Assembly: GCA_963793865.1 (NCBI GenBank) | Contig: CAWCBP010000014.1 | Location: forward strand, 128,001-192,000 | Source: an uncultured delta proteobacterium | GTDB lineage: Bacteria > Desulfobacterota > WTBG01 | DNA: 64,000 nt | Direction of reading: 5' to 3' | Translations under genes and position numbers: made by a program | In this document: piece by piece, positions 1-9,972 of the stretch | Layout: each line of letters opens with the position of its first letter | How positions within the stretch are numbered: position 1 is the first letter of the stretch | The notes under the pieces: model-generated | Seen by the model: only the letters and a program-made list of their open reading frames with translations | What the model was told of the DNA's origin: nothing | Database searches by the model: none

Positions 1-18
1 CGCTGCTTTTCTTTTCGG

Positions 19-47
19 TTGACACCACATCCTGCGCATTGTAGTCT
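19..47 (+). promoter_or_regulatory. sigma-70-like promoter upstream of KH-domain gene
   Basis: TTGACA (19-24), 17-bp spacer, TAGTCT (42-47). Confidence 0.5.
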
Positions 48-166
48 AAATCTGCCGGGGTCGAGACGTAAGCCACCGTTCCTATGGCTGTGGCACAAAA
101 AGCCCCTTGCCGCGCAAGGAAACTAATCACTATAATTATTCAGGGGTCCTGAGGGGGAGGTGCGCG

Positions 167-412
167 ATGAAAGAGCTGGTTAAATATCTCGCCAGGGCAC
201 TTGTCGACAGGCCGGATGAGGTAGAGGTAACGGAGGTGGAAGGCGATAGAACCTCCATCATCAAGCTCCGCGTCGCCAAAGAGGATTTCGGCTTAATTAT
301 CGGGAAGCACGGGAGGAATGCCGAGGCCATCAGAACCATCCTCAGGGCATCAGCGGCAAAGCTGGGGAAAAAGCCCACCCTGGAGATTGTTGAAGAAGAT
401 AAACAGTCCTAA
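167..412 (+). CDS. khpA: KH-domain RNA-binding protein (KhpA/YlqC family)
   Basis: [19 protein letters not shown]...[26 protein letters not shown] before ATG 167. Confidence 0.9.
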   Translation: MKELVKYLARALVDRPDEVEVTEVEGDRTSIIKLRVAKEDFGLIIGKHGRNAEAIRTILRASAAKLGKKPTLEIVEEDKQS

Positions 413-449
413 CCCCTTTTGAATGCCTCTCCTGATTGCGCGGTGAAGA

Positions 450-854
450 TTACTTCTGCTGACCGCGGGAATAGTCCTGCAGCATCTTCTGAACCGTTAT
501 CCTGGTGTAGTTATCCCGTGCCTTCTGCAATTCCTTCTCCGCCTCTGCTAATTCTTTTTGGGTCGTTTCCAGCAGGGCGTCAATACGGGCATAGTCTTCG
601 TCCTTAAACCATTCCCTCTTTTCCTTGGCTATCTTCAAAAGCTCCGATTTTCCCTGCAGATTTGAATAACTGGCGGCCATTCCGTACAGTTCCGCTCCCA
701 GCTGCTCGTAGCTGTCATCCGGCTTGGAGGCAGGCTCGGACGGCACGGCTTCCCCGGTCTTCTCGGCGGGCATGAAAAACTCTTTTATGGTTTTACTGTA
801 TGAGGCTGCGAATACAATGGCAGCGATGACGATCCAGATGTATAGTCTTTGCAT
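450..854 (-). CDS. hypothetical protein with N-terminal membrane anchor and coiled-coil C-terminus
   Basis: 134-aa ORF, AAGGAG RBS, hydrophobic N-terminus. Confidence 0.7.
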   Translation of the reverse strand: MQRLYIWIVIAAIVFAASYSKTIKEFFMPAEKTGEAVPSEPASKPDDSYEQLGAELYGMAASYSNLQGKSELLKIAKEKREWFKDEDYARIDALLETTQKELAEAEKELQKARDNYTRITVQKMLQDYSRGQQK

Positions 855-1015
855 AGGTCTCCTTGCGTAATGGTATCAGAATTTTTCGTAGCCTAGCATG
901 AAAAGGCTTTTTTTAACAGTAAAAAGTGCGGACCCGGTGAATAAAAGCACGGTTCTTGCATTTACACTGCGTGAGGCACCCGTTGTGTCCATTAAATGTA
1001 CAGGGAGGAGGGTTC

Positions 1016-1777
1016 ATGCCGGATACTGCAATGCCGGATCCTTACGCAGCCGAGGTCAGGGAATACCGGTCCGGCGAGGTAATTGCCGCGGAAGGTGAAC
1101 CGCAGGAGATTTTCTATGTTATTCTGGAAGGATCGGTTGAGATTTTTCAGCATAACAAAAGCATCAGGGTGCTCAAGACAGGGGATGTCTTCGGGCTTGA
1201 ACGCGTCTTTTTGAAAAAATCGCTGACCACAACCGCGCGGGCGCTGAGTCCCGTGCGCATCGCCGCCTATCAGAAGAGCGCGATCGGCCGTATTGCCCAA
1301 GCCGGGTCACGGGTAATTACCGCCATCATTTCATCGCTCTTAAATCAGCTGGAGCAGACAACACAGGTTGCGGAGGAGTATATACCCCCGGCGTTTCTGT
1401 TGGATTTTAACCAGCGCGTTTACCGGGAGGGAGAGGTCATCATCGAGGAAGGCACTTCAGGCAGCGATATTTTTATGCTTCTGGAAAGTGAGGGGGGATT
1501 GCTGGTGACCCGGAAGGGCATGGAAGTGGGCCGCATCACCCGCACCGGCGAATACTTCGGTGAAATGAGCGGCCTGCTCGGCGAGCCGCGCACGGCAACC
1601 GTGCGATCGCTTGGTGCCAGCACGGTGCAGCGCTTCCCCGGCGAGGACCTGGAAGCCACCCTCACGGCCTGCCCCCGCCTTGCCAAGCAGCTCATAGATA
1701 TCCTCGCCTCCCGGCTGCATGACGCCAACCGGAGAATCGTCGAGCTTTCAGGTAAATCGGGGGTTGGATGCATGTGA
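1016..1777 (+). CDS. tandem cyclic-nucleotide-binding domain protein
   Basis: two cNMP domains (GDVFGLE...TTTARA; GEYFGEM...PRTATVRS); GGAGGAGG RBS before ATG 1016. Confidence 0.85.
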   Translation: MPDTAMPDPYAAEVREYRSGEVIAAEGEPQEIFYVILEGSVEIFQHNKSIRVLKTGDVFGLERVFLKKSLTTTARALSPVRIAAYQKSAIGRIAQAGSRVITAIISSLLNQLEQTTQVAEEYIPPAFLLDFNQRVYREGEVIIEEGTSGSDIFMLLESEGGLLVTRKGMEVGRITRTGEYFGEMSGLLGEPRTATVRSLGASTVQRFPGEDLEATLTACPRLAKQLIDILASRLHDANRRIVELSGKSGVGCM

Positions 1778-1837
1778 CAGGGGCACACATTGGGCACACT
1801 CGGCATTTTAAGGAGAAGAGGGCACGCGAGGCAGGAC

Positions 1838-1916
1838 TCTAACTCATTGAAAAACAAGTGCATAGGGCGGGAATCGAACCCCCACAGGGCTAAGCCCCGA
1901 GGGATTTTAAGTCCCT
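1838..1916 (-). repeat. att-like duplication of the tRNA-Leu 3' half plus 21 nt of downstream flank
   Basis: 77/79 identical to 3552-3630; identity stops just past the anticodon stem. Confidence 0.9.
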
Positions 1917-2124
1917 ACTCCTGAGTTTCCTAACCGCCTCAATATTGTTTAACTATTTGAATTATAGCAATTCCCTCTTTGGCAGATTTTCCTCGTAGTA
2001 GCAGTTTTTTGTAAGCTTTGGAAAACTTTTCTCACACAAATTCACACACAGCAAATCTTAAAAATCTAAATCGCATTTATCTTTCTTTGGCAATGCACCC
2101 GATATTCAAGATGCCAGTTTATAT

Positions 2125-2153
2125 TTGACAAACTGTAGCTAATAAGCTACACT
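2125..2153 (+). promoter_or_regulatory. TA operon promoter with overlapping palindromic operator
   Basis: TTGACA-17-TACACT; TGTAGCT-AATA-AGCTACA inverted repeat at 2134-2151. Confidence 0.7.
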
Positions 2154-2165
2154 ATCTTAACAATC

Positions 2166-2525
2166 ATGAGCGGTCAGGAAAGTTCTGTGACGCAAATACG
2201 GATTTATCAAACCAAAGACAAAGAGATCCCCTTTGAGGATTGGCTGGATAATCTCAATGACATTAATGCACAAGCAAGAATACTTCAAAGGATTGACAGA
2301 ATCGCGTTGGGGAATTTCGGTGACTGTGAACCTGTCGGGGATGGGGTTCACGAAGTAAGAATAGACTATGGTCCCGGATACCGGATATATTTTGGCAACG
2401 ATGGAAAGACGCTTGTAATCCTGCTCTGCGGGGGAACAAAAAGACACCAAGAAAAAGACATAAGAAAAGCCAAAGAGTATTGGCAAGACTATAAAGCCAG
2501 AAAAAAACCTCAGCGTTTAGTTTAG
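2166..2525 (+). CDS. type II toxin, RelE/ParE superfamily (addiction module killer protein, HigB-like)
   Basis: RIDRIALGNFGDCEPVGDGVHEVRIDYGPGYRIYF...LLCGGTK motif. Confidence 0.9.
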   Translation: MSGQESSVTQIRIYQTKDKEIPFEDWLDNLNDINAQARILQRIDRIALGNFGDCEPVGDGVHEVRIDYGPGYRIYFGNDGKTLVILLCGGTKRHQEKDIRKAKEYWQDYKARKKPQRLV

Positions 2526-2554
2526 AATCAATTAAAAGAAAGGGAAATGAGGTA

Positions 2555-2845
2555 ATGACTAGACCAAGCAAAGATTATAAAAGCGAATTACTCAAAAGAC
2601 TTAAAGACCCAAAACTTGCAGAGGCATATGTAAATGCTGCGCTTGAGAATGGGACCCAAGAGGAGCTATTAGTTGCTCTTAAGAATGTGTGTGAGGCTCA
2701 TGGCATGGCGCGCACAGCCAGAAAGGCAAAAATCAATCGCGAAAACATGTACCGGGTGCTCTCTGCAAAAGGAAATCCGCATCTTTCAACATTTACCTCA
2801 ATTCTTGAGAGCACAGGGTTAAAACTGCGCGTGCAAGCCAACTAA
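2555..2845 (+). CDS. addiction module antidote protein (HTH, HigA-like)
   Basis: AEAYVNAALE...GMARTARKAKINRENMYRVLSAKGNP; directly downstream of the toxin. Confidence 0.9.
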   Translation: MTRPSKDYKSELLKRLKDPKLAEAYVNAALENGTQEELLVALKNVCEAHGMARTARKAKINRENMYRVLSAKGNPHLSTFTSILESTGLKLRVQAN

Positions 2846-2950
2846 ACTCGTTTCTGCTTCTTCTTTTCAGCTGTTCCAGATTTTCCAGTACATCGGACGG
2901 TAATTTCATCTCACCCACGTAGACTCCATCAGACTGCTTACGAAGTCATT

Positions 2951-3330
2951 TTAGCATTTCCCAATTGGCTCAGATTTATTACAGGACAGTATCCATCTTT
3001 CCTGAAAAGGTTTCGTAAGATTAACAGCGTTCTTTGCGATTGATGATGTTATAAAGGTCTTGGCTTCCCACTTATCAGCTGCGCGGGGCTTGATGCCTCG
3101 GGTGTTTAACTCCTCAGCTATTTTCTGATAGCTCATCCGTTTCTTCCCTTTCGGTTTACGGTATAGGGATTTAATGAGCTTAATAACTTCCTGTTCGCCT
3201 TCTAAGGCTCCATATGGCTTCCTGTCTTCACATTTACCCTTTCTTTCCCTAATAGCTTCTCTAGCCTTACGCAGCTTCCTTACAAGCCTAGATTTCTCAA
3301 GTTCTGAGAAAACACCCTGCATTTGTACCA
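2951..3330 (-). pseudogene. serine recombinase/resolvase C-terminal fragment
   Basis: [23 protein letters not shown]...RKPYG...SYQKIAEELNTRGIKPR; catalytic N-terminus missing. Confidence 0.7.
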
Positions 3331-3483
3331 ACGGCAGTAAGGAACATGGTAAGGGCTGGAGTGCCTGAGAAGGTAGCAATGAAAATATCCGGGCATAAAA
3401 CAAGGTCTGTCTTTGACCGCTATAACATAGTCAATGAAACAGACCTTAAAAAGGCTGCGTATGTGCCTCACCAAGTACCATGA
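3331..3483 (+). pseudogene. tyrosine integrase C-terminal fragment
   Basis: manual translation [43 protein letters not shown] (box II GH and catalytic Y); not in the ORF track. Confidence 0.85.
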
Positions 3484-3572
3484 TGAAAATCACGGGCACA
3501 CTTTGGGCACACCAAGCATATTCAGGAGGAAAAGAGCGAATGAGTCAGCTTTCTAACTCATTGAAAAACAAG

Positions 3573-3657
3573 TGCCTAGGGCGGGAATCGAACCCGCACA
3601 GGGCTAAGCCCCGAGGGATTTTAAGTCCCTTGCGTCTGCCAGTTCCGCCACCCAGGC
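3573..3657 (-). tRNA. tRNA-Leu (anticodon UAA)
   Basis: GCCTGGG acceptor stem, AGGGA-CTTAAAA-TCCCT anticodon arm, long variable arm, GGTTCGATTCC T-loop; CCA not encoded. Confidence 0.95.
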
Positions 3658-3845
3658 ACTGTTATAAATCGAGTAGTTATAAGGATAGAAATAAAATGAT
3701 GGTGCAGGCACTTTATAATATTTTTGAGCAACTCTGTCAATTTATTACTGAGCGGTGTCGCCGTGCCTTCACTGTTCTTGGTGTCCTCAGATTTCATTAA
3801 AGCTACAATCTCACTATTGTAATATTCCATCTCAGTCATTGCGTA

Positions 3846-4751
3846 TTACTTTTTGATAAACGTGCCCTTATCATATTCTTCGAATGCAATCCGCAGTTCT
3901 TCCTGGGTATTCATAACTATCGGTCCGTACCATGCGACTGGTTCTTTGATCGGCTTTCCGGTTATGAGCAAAAACCGCACCGGTTCATCCTCGGTTGTGA
4001 TCATAACCTCATCACCCTTATCAAACAGTACGATCGTGCCATTGTCCGCAAAAGGCTCCCGTTTAATATCAAAATAGTTTTCTCCTTCGACCTCATAGGT
4101 AAACGGTTTTTTCTCCTGACAGAAATATCCCGTACCCTCAAAGACATAGGCAAAAACCGTGTGCCCCCGTTTGGTCGGATGAACAAACACCGCTCGACGC
4201 GGGACGGTAATATCAAGATATTCCGGATCAATGACTATGTCACGCACCGGTCCCTGTGTATTACCCACCGTACCACAGATGATTTTGATTTTTACACCAT
4301 TCTCCATTGTCAGCTCGGGAATCTGCTCCCTCTTAACATCGCGATAGCGCGGATCCATCATTTTATGAGCAGCAGGGAGATTTGCCCAGAGCTGGAAGCC
4401 ATACATCGAACCGTGTACATCTCCCTTGGGCATTTCCTGGTGGATAATCCCGCTGCCCGCGGTCATCCACTGCACATCGCCGGATGTGATAATCCCCTCA
4501 TTTCCCATGCTGTCACCATGCACTACATCACCGCGCAACACATAGGTGATCGTTTCTATGCCACGATGCGGATGCCAGGGAAATCCCTTCAAATAATGCC
4601 CGGGGGTGTCGGAACGGAAATCATCCAGCATCAGAAAAGGGTCAAACTGGGGAACTTGGTTATAGCCGAAAGCCCGTTTTAGATGGACGCCAGCCCCCTC
4701 GATGGTCGGCTTGCTCTTCCACACCTTTTTGATCTTGCGGATTGAGTTCAT
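3846..4751 (-). CDS. pirin family protein
   Basis: DPFLMLDDF...HPHRGIETITY...MTAGSGIIHQE; AGGAG RBS before ATG 4751. Confidence 0.92.
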   Translation of the reverse strand: MNSIRKIKKVWKSKPTIEGAGVHLKRAFGYNQVPQFDPFLMLDDFRSDTPGHYLKGFPWHPHRGIETITYVLRGDVVHGDSMGNEGIITSGDVQWMTAGSGIIHQEMPKGDVHGSMYGFQLWANLPAAHKMMDPRYRDVKREQIPELTMENGVKIKIICGTVGNTQGPVRDIVIDPEYLDITVPRRAVFVHPTKRGHTVFAYVFEGTGYFCQEKKPFTYEVEGENYFDIKREPFADNGTIVLFDKGDEVMITTEDEPVRFLLITGKPIKEPVAWYGPIVMNTQEELRIAFEEYDKGTFIKK

Positions 4752-4783
4752 ACTCATCTCCTGCATTCTTCCACCCTGCGTTT

Positions 4784-5452
4784 CTATTCTGCGCAGGATT
4801 CACTTTTTGTATGCTGAGGCATTTTGTGGACCATAGTCTTTACATATTCAATGCCGAAACCGTACGCACCGCTGTGCTCCCAGATGAGATCGCAAACCGC
4901 ATCGTAGGTTTTTTTGTTGGCCCAATCACGCTGCCATTCAAGCATCACCTGCTGCCAGGTCATGGGAACGGCTCCAGCCTGAATCATCCGCTGGCAGGCC
5001 CGTTCGTGAACCTCAGGGGAAGTTCCTCCGGAAGCATCGGAAACGAAATATACCTCATACCCATCTTCTAATGCACTTAACACGGGGAAACAGAGGCAGA
5101 CTTCCGTCCACAGGGCACACATGACAAGACGCTTGCGGCCAATGCGCTTGACTTCGGCAAGGAATTTTTTATCCTCCCATGAGTTCATGCTGGAGCGTTC
5201 AATAGGCTTCTGTCCATTGAAGATGTCTAAAATTTGAGGCCACATATAGCCACTGAAGCTCTCGGTTTCTACAGTAGTGAGGATGGTTGGCACATTAAAG
5301 ATCTTGGCAGCCTTTGCCAGAGCTATGACGTTGTTTAAAAGCAGCTGCCGGTCAATTGAGGCCACACCAAAGGCCATCTGAGGCTGATGGTCGATAAAGA
5401 TCATTGTGCAGTCTTCAGGATACAGCAGGCTTTTAATTTTTCTTTTGACCAT
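4784..5452 (-). CDS. ycaC: isochorismatase-family hydrolase (YcaC-like)
   Basis: IFIDHQPQM...SMNSWED...ALWTEVC...DASGG. Confidence 0.88.
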   Translation of the reverse strand: MVKRKIKSLLYPEDCTMIFIDHQPQMAFGVASIDRQLLLNNVIALAKAAKIFNVPTILTTVETESFSGYMWPQILDIFNGQKPIERSSMNSWEDKKFLAEVKRIGRKRLVMCALWTEVCLCFPVLSALEDGYEVYFVSDASGGTSPEVHERACQRMIQAGAVPMTWQQVMLEWQRDWANKKTYDAVCDLIWEHSGAYGFGIEYVKTMVHKMPQHTKSESCAE

Positions 5453-6109
5453 GGCATTCCTCCTTTCTGAAATTCATGCTTATTGGATTTGATTCAAATA
5501 CTAACAAAATTTTGCATTAATTTTTTAAGTCATATTCAGTGCGTGATATTTCAAACACTCTTATTTAAAGCCTACAAAAATAGAAAACAGTTTGTCAATG
5601 GAAACACTATAGTGTTTCGCATGATCAATGTATTACTGTCTGAAAATAATATTCTTACTACAATATATGGTGATGTATCAGGTCAAGCAACTCACATTAC
5701 TTTAAGCTGCATCAGAAGCATTAAGTGCCGTTTCATTGTGAGATTGAGTTAGTAGTGTTAAAAATTTTTGCCACCCGCTATTCTTTCAGTATGGTAGTAA
5801 CATGCAATAATCATCCCCCTCAGCTTATGCATGTTTGCAGATGTATCTTGTCGCTATAACTCAGTATTTTTGGTTTAAAATTCAATGTATTAATCAATAT
5901 TGGCACTTCCAATTGGAGCGTTACTCTCCTGACAAAACCGACTCCAGCAAACTTGTATTTAAAATGATATACATTATATGTAAAAACATGCACTCCACAA
6001 ACGCCTCCGTTACAAATTGTTCTGCATAAAATCACAAATCTCTAACCTAAGTTATTGAATTACCGTATATATAAAATTTCCGGCTGATTTTTCAGATTAT
6101 TTGAACACA

Positions 6110-6126
6110 TTGGCAAAGACATTGCG
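6110..6126 (+). promoter_or_regulatory. putative sigma-54 (-24/-12) promoter
   Basis: TTGGCAAAGACATTGCG with GG-N10-GC spacing, about 40 nt before the ORF at 6167. Confidence 0.55.
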
Positions 6127-6166
6127 ATTTACGCGATGACAGCAACCCGAATTTTGGAGAAACAAT

Positions 6167-7210
6167 TTGACCATGGTTCCCTTTAAGACCACATTTCGCC
6201 ATTGTATGATTTATAAGATATTTTGTACCTCACTTGTTCTGTTTCTCGTCTGTGTAACTCAATCCATTTACTCCCCGGAACTTATTTACGGTGCTTCGCT
6301 GGTTTTGCAATGGCAAAGCAATGAGGAAGATGATCTGGCCGGATATAATATTTATTGTGTCAGCTCACAGCCAGATCACGATTTGATTGCAGATCTCGGT
6401 AACGTAACAGAATGTGAGCTAAATGACCTCGCTCTGTATGAACATGTAGCCTATGGTATAGCCTTAACCGCCTACGACCTCAGTGGGAATGAAAGTGATT
6501 TTTCCGATCCACTTTACGTAACACTAGATGACGAAATTGATGATTTTGAGGATAATTGCCCTGATATATATAATCCGAACCAGGAAGACATGTACCCGCC
6601 TGGTGGCAATAATATTGGGGATGTTTGTGAAACCATCTTAACAACCTCTTCTACGACGATACCCACACTCCACCCTGTCAGCACTACAACAATCCCTCCT
6701 GCCAGCACTACAACAACCATTACCGAATGCGAGATAGACAGTGATTGTGCTGATGATGGGCTTTATTGCAACGGTGATGAGTTCTGTGATGAGGGAACTT
6801 GTGTAAGCACTGATAACCCCTGTGATGCAGAACTTATCTGTGATGAAACTACTCATGAGTGCAAACCAGTAGTACCCCCGGTAACACTTCAGCTCACTCC
6901 TGAAATATGGTATCAGTCACGATTGGTACCTCTAATAAAGTTTTTAAGAATAGAGGGGTCAAATAGTCACTTTGATAAGGCTGACACAGAGATCACATTT
7001 ACCCCGGATAATGCAGTAATAATGCTGCCATTAGTAATTGATGAAGCAACCATTACCTGTGGTGGTATTTTGATGCCGAGATTGTGGGCGCCGTTTGATG
7101 CAATTGATGTAAAGGTCACCACCGGGGAAGAAGAGGCAACTGCTACAATGGAGATTCAGCTTTTACCGTTTATGTTTGAACTGGAGAAAAATCTCTTGCA
7201 AGAGGAGTAA
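6167..7210 (+). CDS. secreted protein with FN3-like domain, TSP3-like Ca-binding repeat, Thr-rich linker and Cys-rich repeat
   Basis: LQW..N.EDDLAGYNIY...TAYDLSGNESDFS; DNCPDIYNPNQED; DDGLYCNGDEFC; start codon uncertain. Confidence 0.75.
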   Translation: MTMVPFKTTFRHCMIYKIFCTSLVLFLVCVTQSIYSPELIYGASLVLQWQSNEEDDLAGYNIYCVSSQPDHDLIADLGNVTECELNDLALYEHVAYGIALTAYDLSGNESDFSDPLYVTLDDEIDDFEDNCPDIYNPNQEDMYPPGGNNIGDVCETILTTSSTTIPTLHPVSTTTIPPASTTTTITECEIDSDCADDGLYCNGDEFCDEGTCVSTDNPCDAELICDETTHECKPVVPPVTLQLTPEIWYQSRLVPLIKFLRIEGSNSHFDKADTEITFTPDNAVIMLPLVIDEATITCGGILMPRLWAPFDAIDVKVTTGEEEATATMEIQLLPFMFELEKNLLQEE

Positions 7211-7375
7211 TCTACACATCATGCGGGGCTTTATAATATTTTGAATATCCCTGTCAATTCATTATTAAGCGCCACCCGGGGCATATATCAGACCATTTCC
7301 GGCGGTTCACACGCTGAATACAATAAGCTGACAAAGCAATTAAGGCACGCGCAGCTTTAAAGGCCGAACAAAATA

Positions 7376-7427
7376 GTCATTGCGGGGAGCGAAGGCGTAA
7401 GATTGCTTCGCTGACGCTCGCAATGAC
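7376..7427. repeat. REP-like palindromic repeat (GTCATTGCG...AGATTGCTTCG...CGCAATGAC family)
   Basis: terminal inverted repeat GTCATTGCG/CGCAATGAC; related copies near 9.7-9.9 kb and 46.9-47.0 kb. Confidence 0.7.
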
Positions 7428-7446
7428 ATTCGTAATTCCCGGATCA

Positions 7447-8388
7447 TCATTCCTGAAAGACTTGCTTAAGCGCTTCCACCGTCTGGTTCACCGCGTCACC
7501 GGCGGTGTCCCCGGTTACGGTCCAGTAAGCCATGTGACCCTTGCCCGCATAGCGTATGAGCCGTGTCTCTACCCCCTCATCTTTAAGCCGCTTTGCGTAC
7601 GCTTCCCCGTCGTCTCGCACCACGTCATATTCGCCGGTGAGCATAAGCGCAGGCGGTAGATTGGTCAGGTCAGGGGCAAGCAGCGGCGATGCGTAAGGAT
7701 TGGATCCGTCTTCCTCGCGCTTAAGATACTGTCTGCGAAACCACTTCGCGTGAAACCTCGTCAGCCCGTAGCCCTTTGCAAACATTCGGTAGGAATCGGT
7801 TTCCAGGGTGGCGATGTTGGTCGAGGGATAGGCGAGAATCTGCAGGATAAGAGGAGGGCCTCCGCGCTCCTTTGCCAGCAGGCACACCGCGGCGGCGAGA
7901 TTTCCTCCCGAGCTTTGTCCGCCGATGGCAATCCGCGAACTGTCACCATTGATGCGGTCCGCGTTCTGTGCTGTCCAGAGCGCAGCCGCATAGCAATCTT
8001 CAAGCCCGGCAGGAAATTTGTGCCGGGGGGCCAGGCGGTAGTCCACGGATACGACCAGACATCCGGCATGACGTGCGAAGTGCCGGCACACCGTATCAAC
8101 CTCATCGAGACTGCCGAGGGTCCATCCTCCGCCGTGCAGCCAGATGAGTATGGGTAATGAATGATCTTCACGGGGATAATACATGCGGAGCGGTATTTCA
8201 CCTGACGGACCGGGGATACGAATATTTTCAACCCTTGCAACCGCTCCGGGCGGACCCTGCTGTTTTTCAAATGCATGATTGACTACTATCCTCACAACAG
8301 GAGCAGCGCTGCAACCTGTTGCAACGGTGATAACCGTCAAGAGCCTGATGGTTAGGTATGCGAGCCTTCTCGACCTGTAACTGTTCAT
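7447..8388 (-). CDS. alpha/beta hydrolase, HSL-family esterase, possible lipoprotein
   Basis: HGGGW oxyanion motif, GQSSGG nucleophile, DVVRDDG; ATGC lipobox-like segment. Confidence 0.88.
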   Translation of the reverse strand: MNSYRSRRLAYLTIRLLTVITVATGCSAAPVVRIVVNHAFEKQQGPPGAVARVENIRIPGPSGEIPLRMYYPREDHSLPILIWLHGGGWTLGSLDEVDTVCRHFARHAGCLVVSVDYRLAPRHKFPAGLEDCYAAALWTAQNADRINGDSSRIAIGGQSSGGNLAAAVCLLAKERGGPPLILQILAYPSTNIATLETDSYRMFAKGYGLTRFHAKWFRRQYLKREEDGSNPYASPLLAPDLTNLPPALMLTGEYDVVRDDGEAYAKRLKDEGVETRLIRYAGKGHMAYWTVTGDTAGDAVNQTVEALKQVFQE

Positions 8389-8708
8389 ACTCTGCGCGAA
8401 CCTTTCCCCGCAACAAGATATGCCGCCGTGTCATCTCGATAAGAACCTGTCCATTAAGAACAGAGTGTTCTTGCATTACTACAAATAAAAAGTCAACAAA
8501 ATTGTTGAATTGAACAGTGTGTGTGTTGTCACGTCCTCCTTTATAGTCAAAGGCTGTGTCACGGCAGTCCTGCGCTGATCTGTAAGCTGCTGAGTTACTT
8601 GAAACAGGAGGAGTTTCCCGGCTCTGATTTTTTAAGCATGTAATTTGCAAAGCCATGCAACATGTGTGCTGCGTCCAACCGATAGAGGCAAGAGATAGGG
8701 GATCTATC

Positions 8709-9674
8709 ATGGAGCATGATCAAGGCGATCTTGTAATAATCGGCAGAAGCAAGTCCATAACCGCTCTTTTCCGCTTTATTGCGAACACCAGGATATCGGA
8801 AGCGCCCGTTCTGATTACCGGTGAGACCGGCACGGGTAAAGAACTGGTTGCCCGTGCCATTCACCGCACCGGGGCGAGACACTGCAGGCCTTTTTTCACG
8901 CTGGACTGCTCGGTGCTCAACAAAAATCTGCTTGAATCGGAACTGTTCGGTCATGTGCGGGGGGCTTTCACGGGTGCGGTGGCTGATAAGAAGGGTGTCT
9001 TCGAGATGGCCGCGGGGAGCACCCTCTTTTTGGATGAAATAGGGGAAATGAGTTTGGATACCCAGGTAAAACTGCTCAGGGTGCTGGAGGAGGGCACATT
9101 TCGGCCGGTGGGCAGTGCGGAAGAAAAAAAGGTGAGTGTCCGGATTATCGCTGCTACCAACCGGGATTTGAAACTGATGATTCAAAAAGGCACATTTCGT
9201 GAGGATCTCTACTACCGGATTAATGTGATTGCCGTCCACCTGCCTGTTTTGCGGGAGAGAAGGGATGACATCCCGGCCCTGATAGACCACTTTGTAAAAA
9301 AACTCAATACGAGAAACGGCGTTTCCAGGCAATTTTCTCCCGAAGCCATGAGCCTGCTTGCGGAATATAGTTACCCCGGGAATGTAAGGGAACTGCGGAA
9401 TATAGTCGAGCGGGTCTTTTTGCTTTCTGAACGGGAGATAATGGGGGTTGAGGATTTGCCGCCGGAGGTAAGACGGGTGATAAAACGGCCCGATGCGGGA
9501 TGCGTTTCGGGATGGAACAGCCTGAGTCTGCAGCAGATCATCAAACGTACGGAAAAAAAGATGATATCACGGATGCTGCGGCTTATGAACGGCAACAAGG
9601 TGAAGGCGGCGAGGATGCTGAATATCTCCAGGTCGACGCTGTACGCAAAGATGGAGGAGTACGGGATAGAGTAG
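8709..9674 (+). CDS. sigma-54-dependent transcriptional activator (AAA+ and Fis HTH, no N-terminal sensor domain)
   Basis: GETGTGKE, ESELFGHVRGAFTGA, LFLDEIGE, YPGNVREL, C-terminal HTH. Confidence 0.9.
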   Translation: MEHDQGDLVIIGRSKSITALFRFIANTRISEAPVLITGETGTGKELVARAIHRTGARHCRPFFTLDCSVLNKNLLESELFGHVRGAFTGAVADKKGVFEMAAGSTLFLDEIGEMSLDTQVKLLRVLEEGTFRPVGSAEEKKVSVRIIAATNRDLKLMIQKGTFREDLYYRINVIAVHLPVLRERRDDIPALIDHFVKKLNTRNGVSRQFSPEAMSLLAEYSYPGNVRELRNIVERVFLLSEREIMGVEDLPPEVRRVIKRPDAGCVSGWNSLSLQQIIKRTEKKMISRMLRLMNGNKVKAARMLNISRSTLYAKMEEYGIE

Positions 9675-9725
9675 GTCAGGCAGGCTGTTGAACAACATCC
9701 ATCTGCTGTGTTGCGCTCATTATTC

Positions 9726-9924
9726 GTCATTGCCTGGCTACGCTCCCTGGCCGAGCGCGGGCAAGCGGGCAAGCCAGCGAACCGGAATGTACGCGAGATT
9801 GCTTCGCTCTCGCTCGCAATGACATCACAAAACATTCGCCTATCTACCAAGTCGTTGCGAGGAGGCTGAAAGCCGACGAAGCAATCTCACTGCTACGAGA
9901 TTGCTTCGCTATCGCCCGCAATGA
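9726..9924. repeat. cluster of two REP-like elements between convergent genes
   Basis: GTCATTGC...GAGATTGCTTCGCT...CGCAATGAC and GTCGTTGCGAG...GAAGCAATCTC...GAGATTGCTTCG...CGCAATGAC. Confidence 0.7.
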
Positions 9925-9972
9925 CCACGTATAGTGGAAATAATTATTCAATGCACTTCTGGGACATAACCC

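Larger units (their letters stand above)
1859..3630. mobile_element. decayed integrative element inserted in tRNA-Leu(UAA)
   Basis: bounded by tRNA-derived direct repeats; contains tyrosine-integrase and serine-recombinase fragments and a TA pair. Confidence 0.85.

Noticed and set aside
55..160. possible structured leader upstream of khpA
   Set aside because: Only short hairpins, no recognisable motif and no second copy to show covariation
1859..1916. second tRNA-Leu gene
   Set aside because: Lacks the 5' half and D-arm and has an acceptor-stem mismatch; it is an att remnant
3480..3839. ORFs overlapping tRNA-Leu
   Set aside because: Spurious frames across an RNA gene
5483..6035. short ORFs in the AT-rich region between ycaC and the FN3 gene
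   Set aside because: No RBS or motifs; looks like divergent promoter DNA
8595..9332. 245-aa minus-strand ORF
   Set aside because: Antisense shadow of the sigma-54 activator
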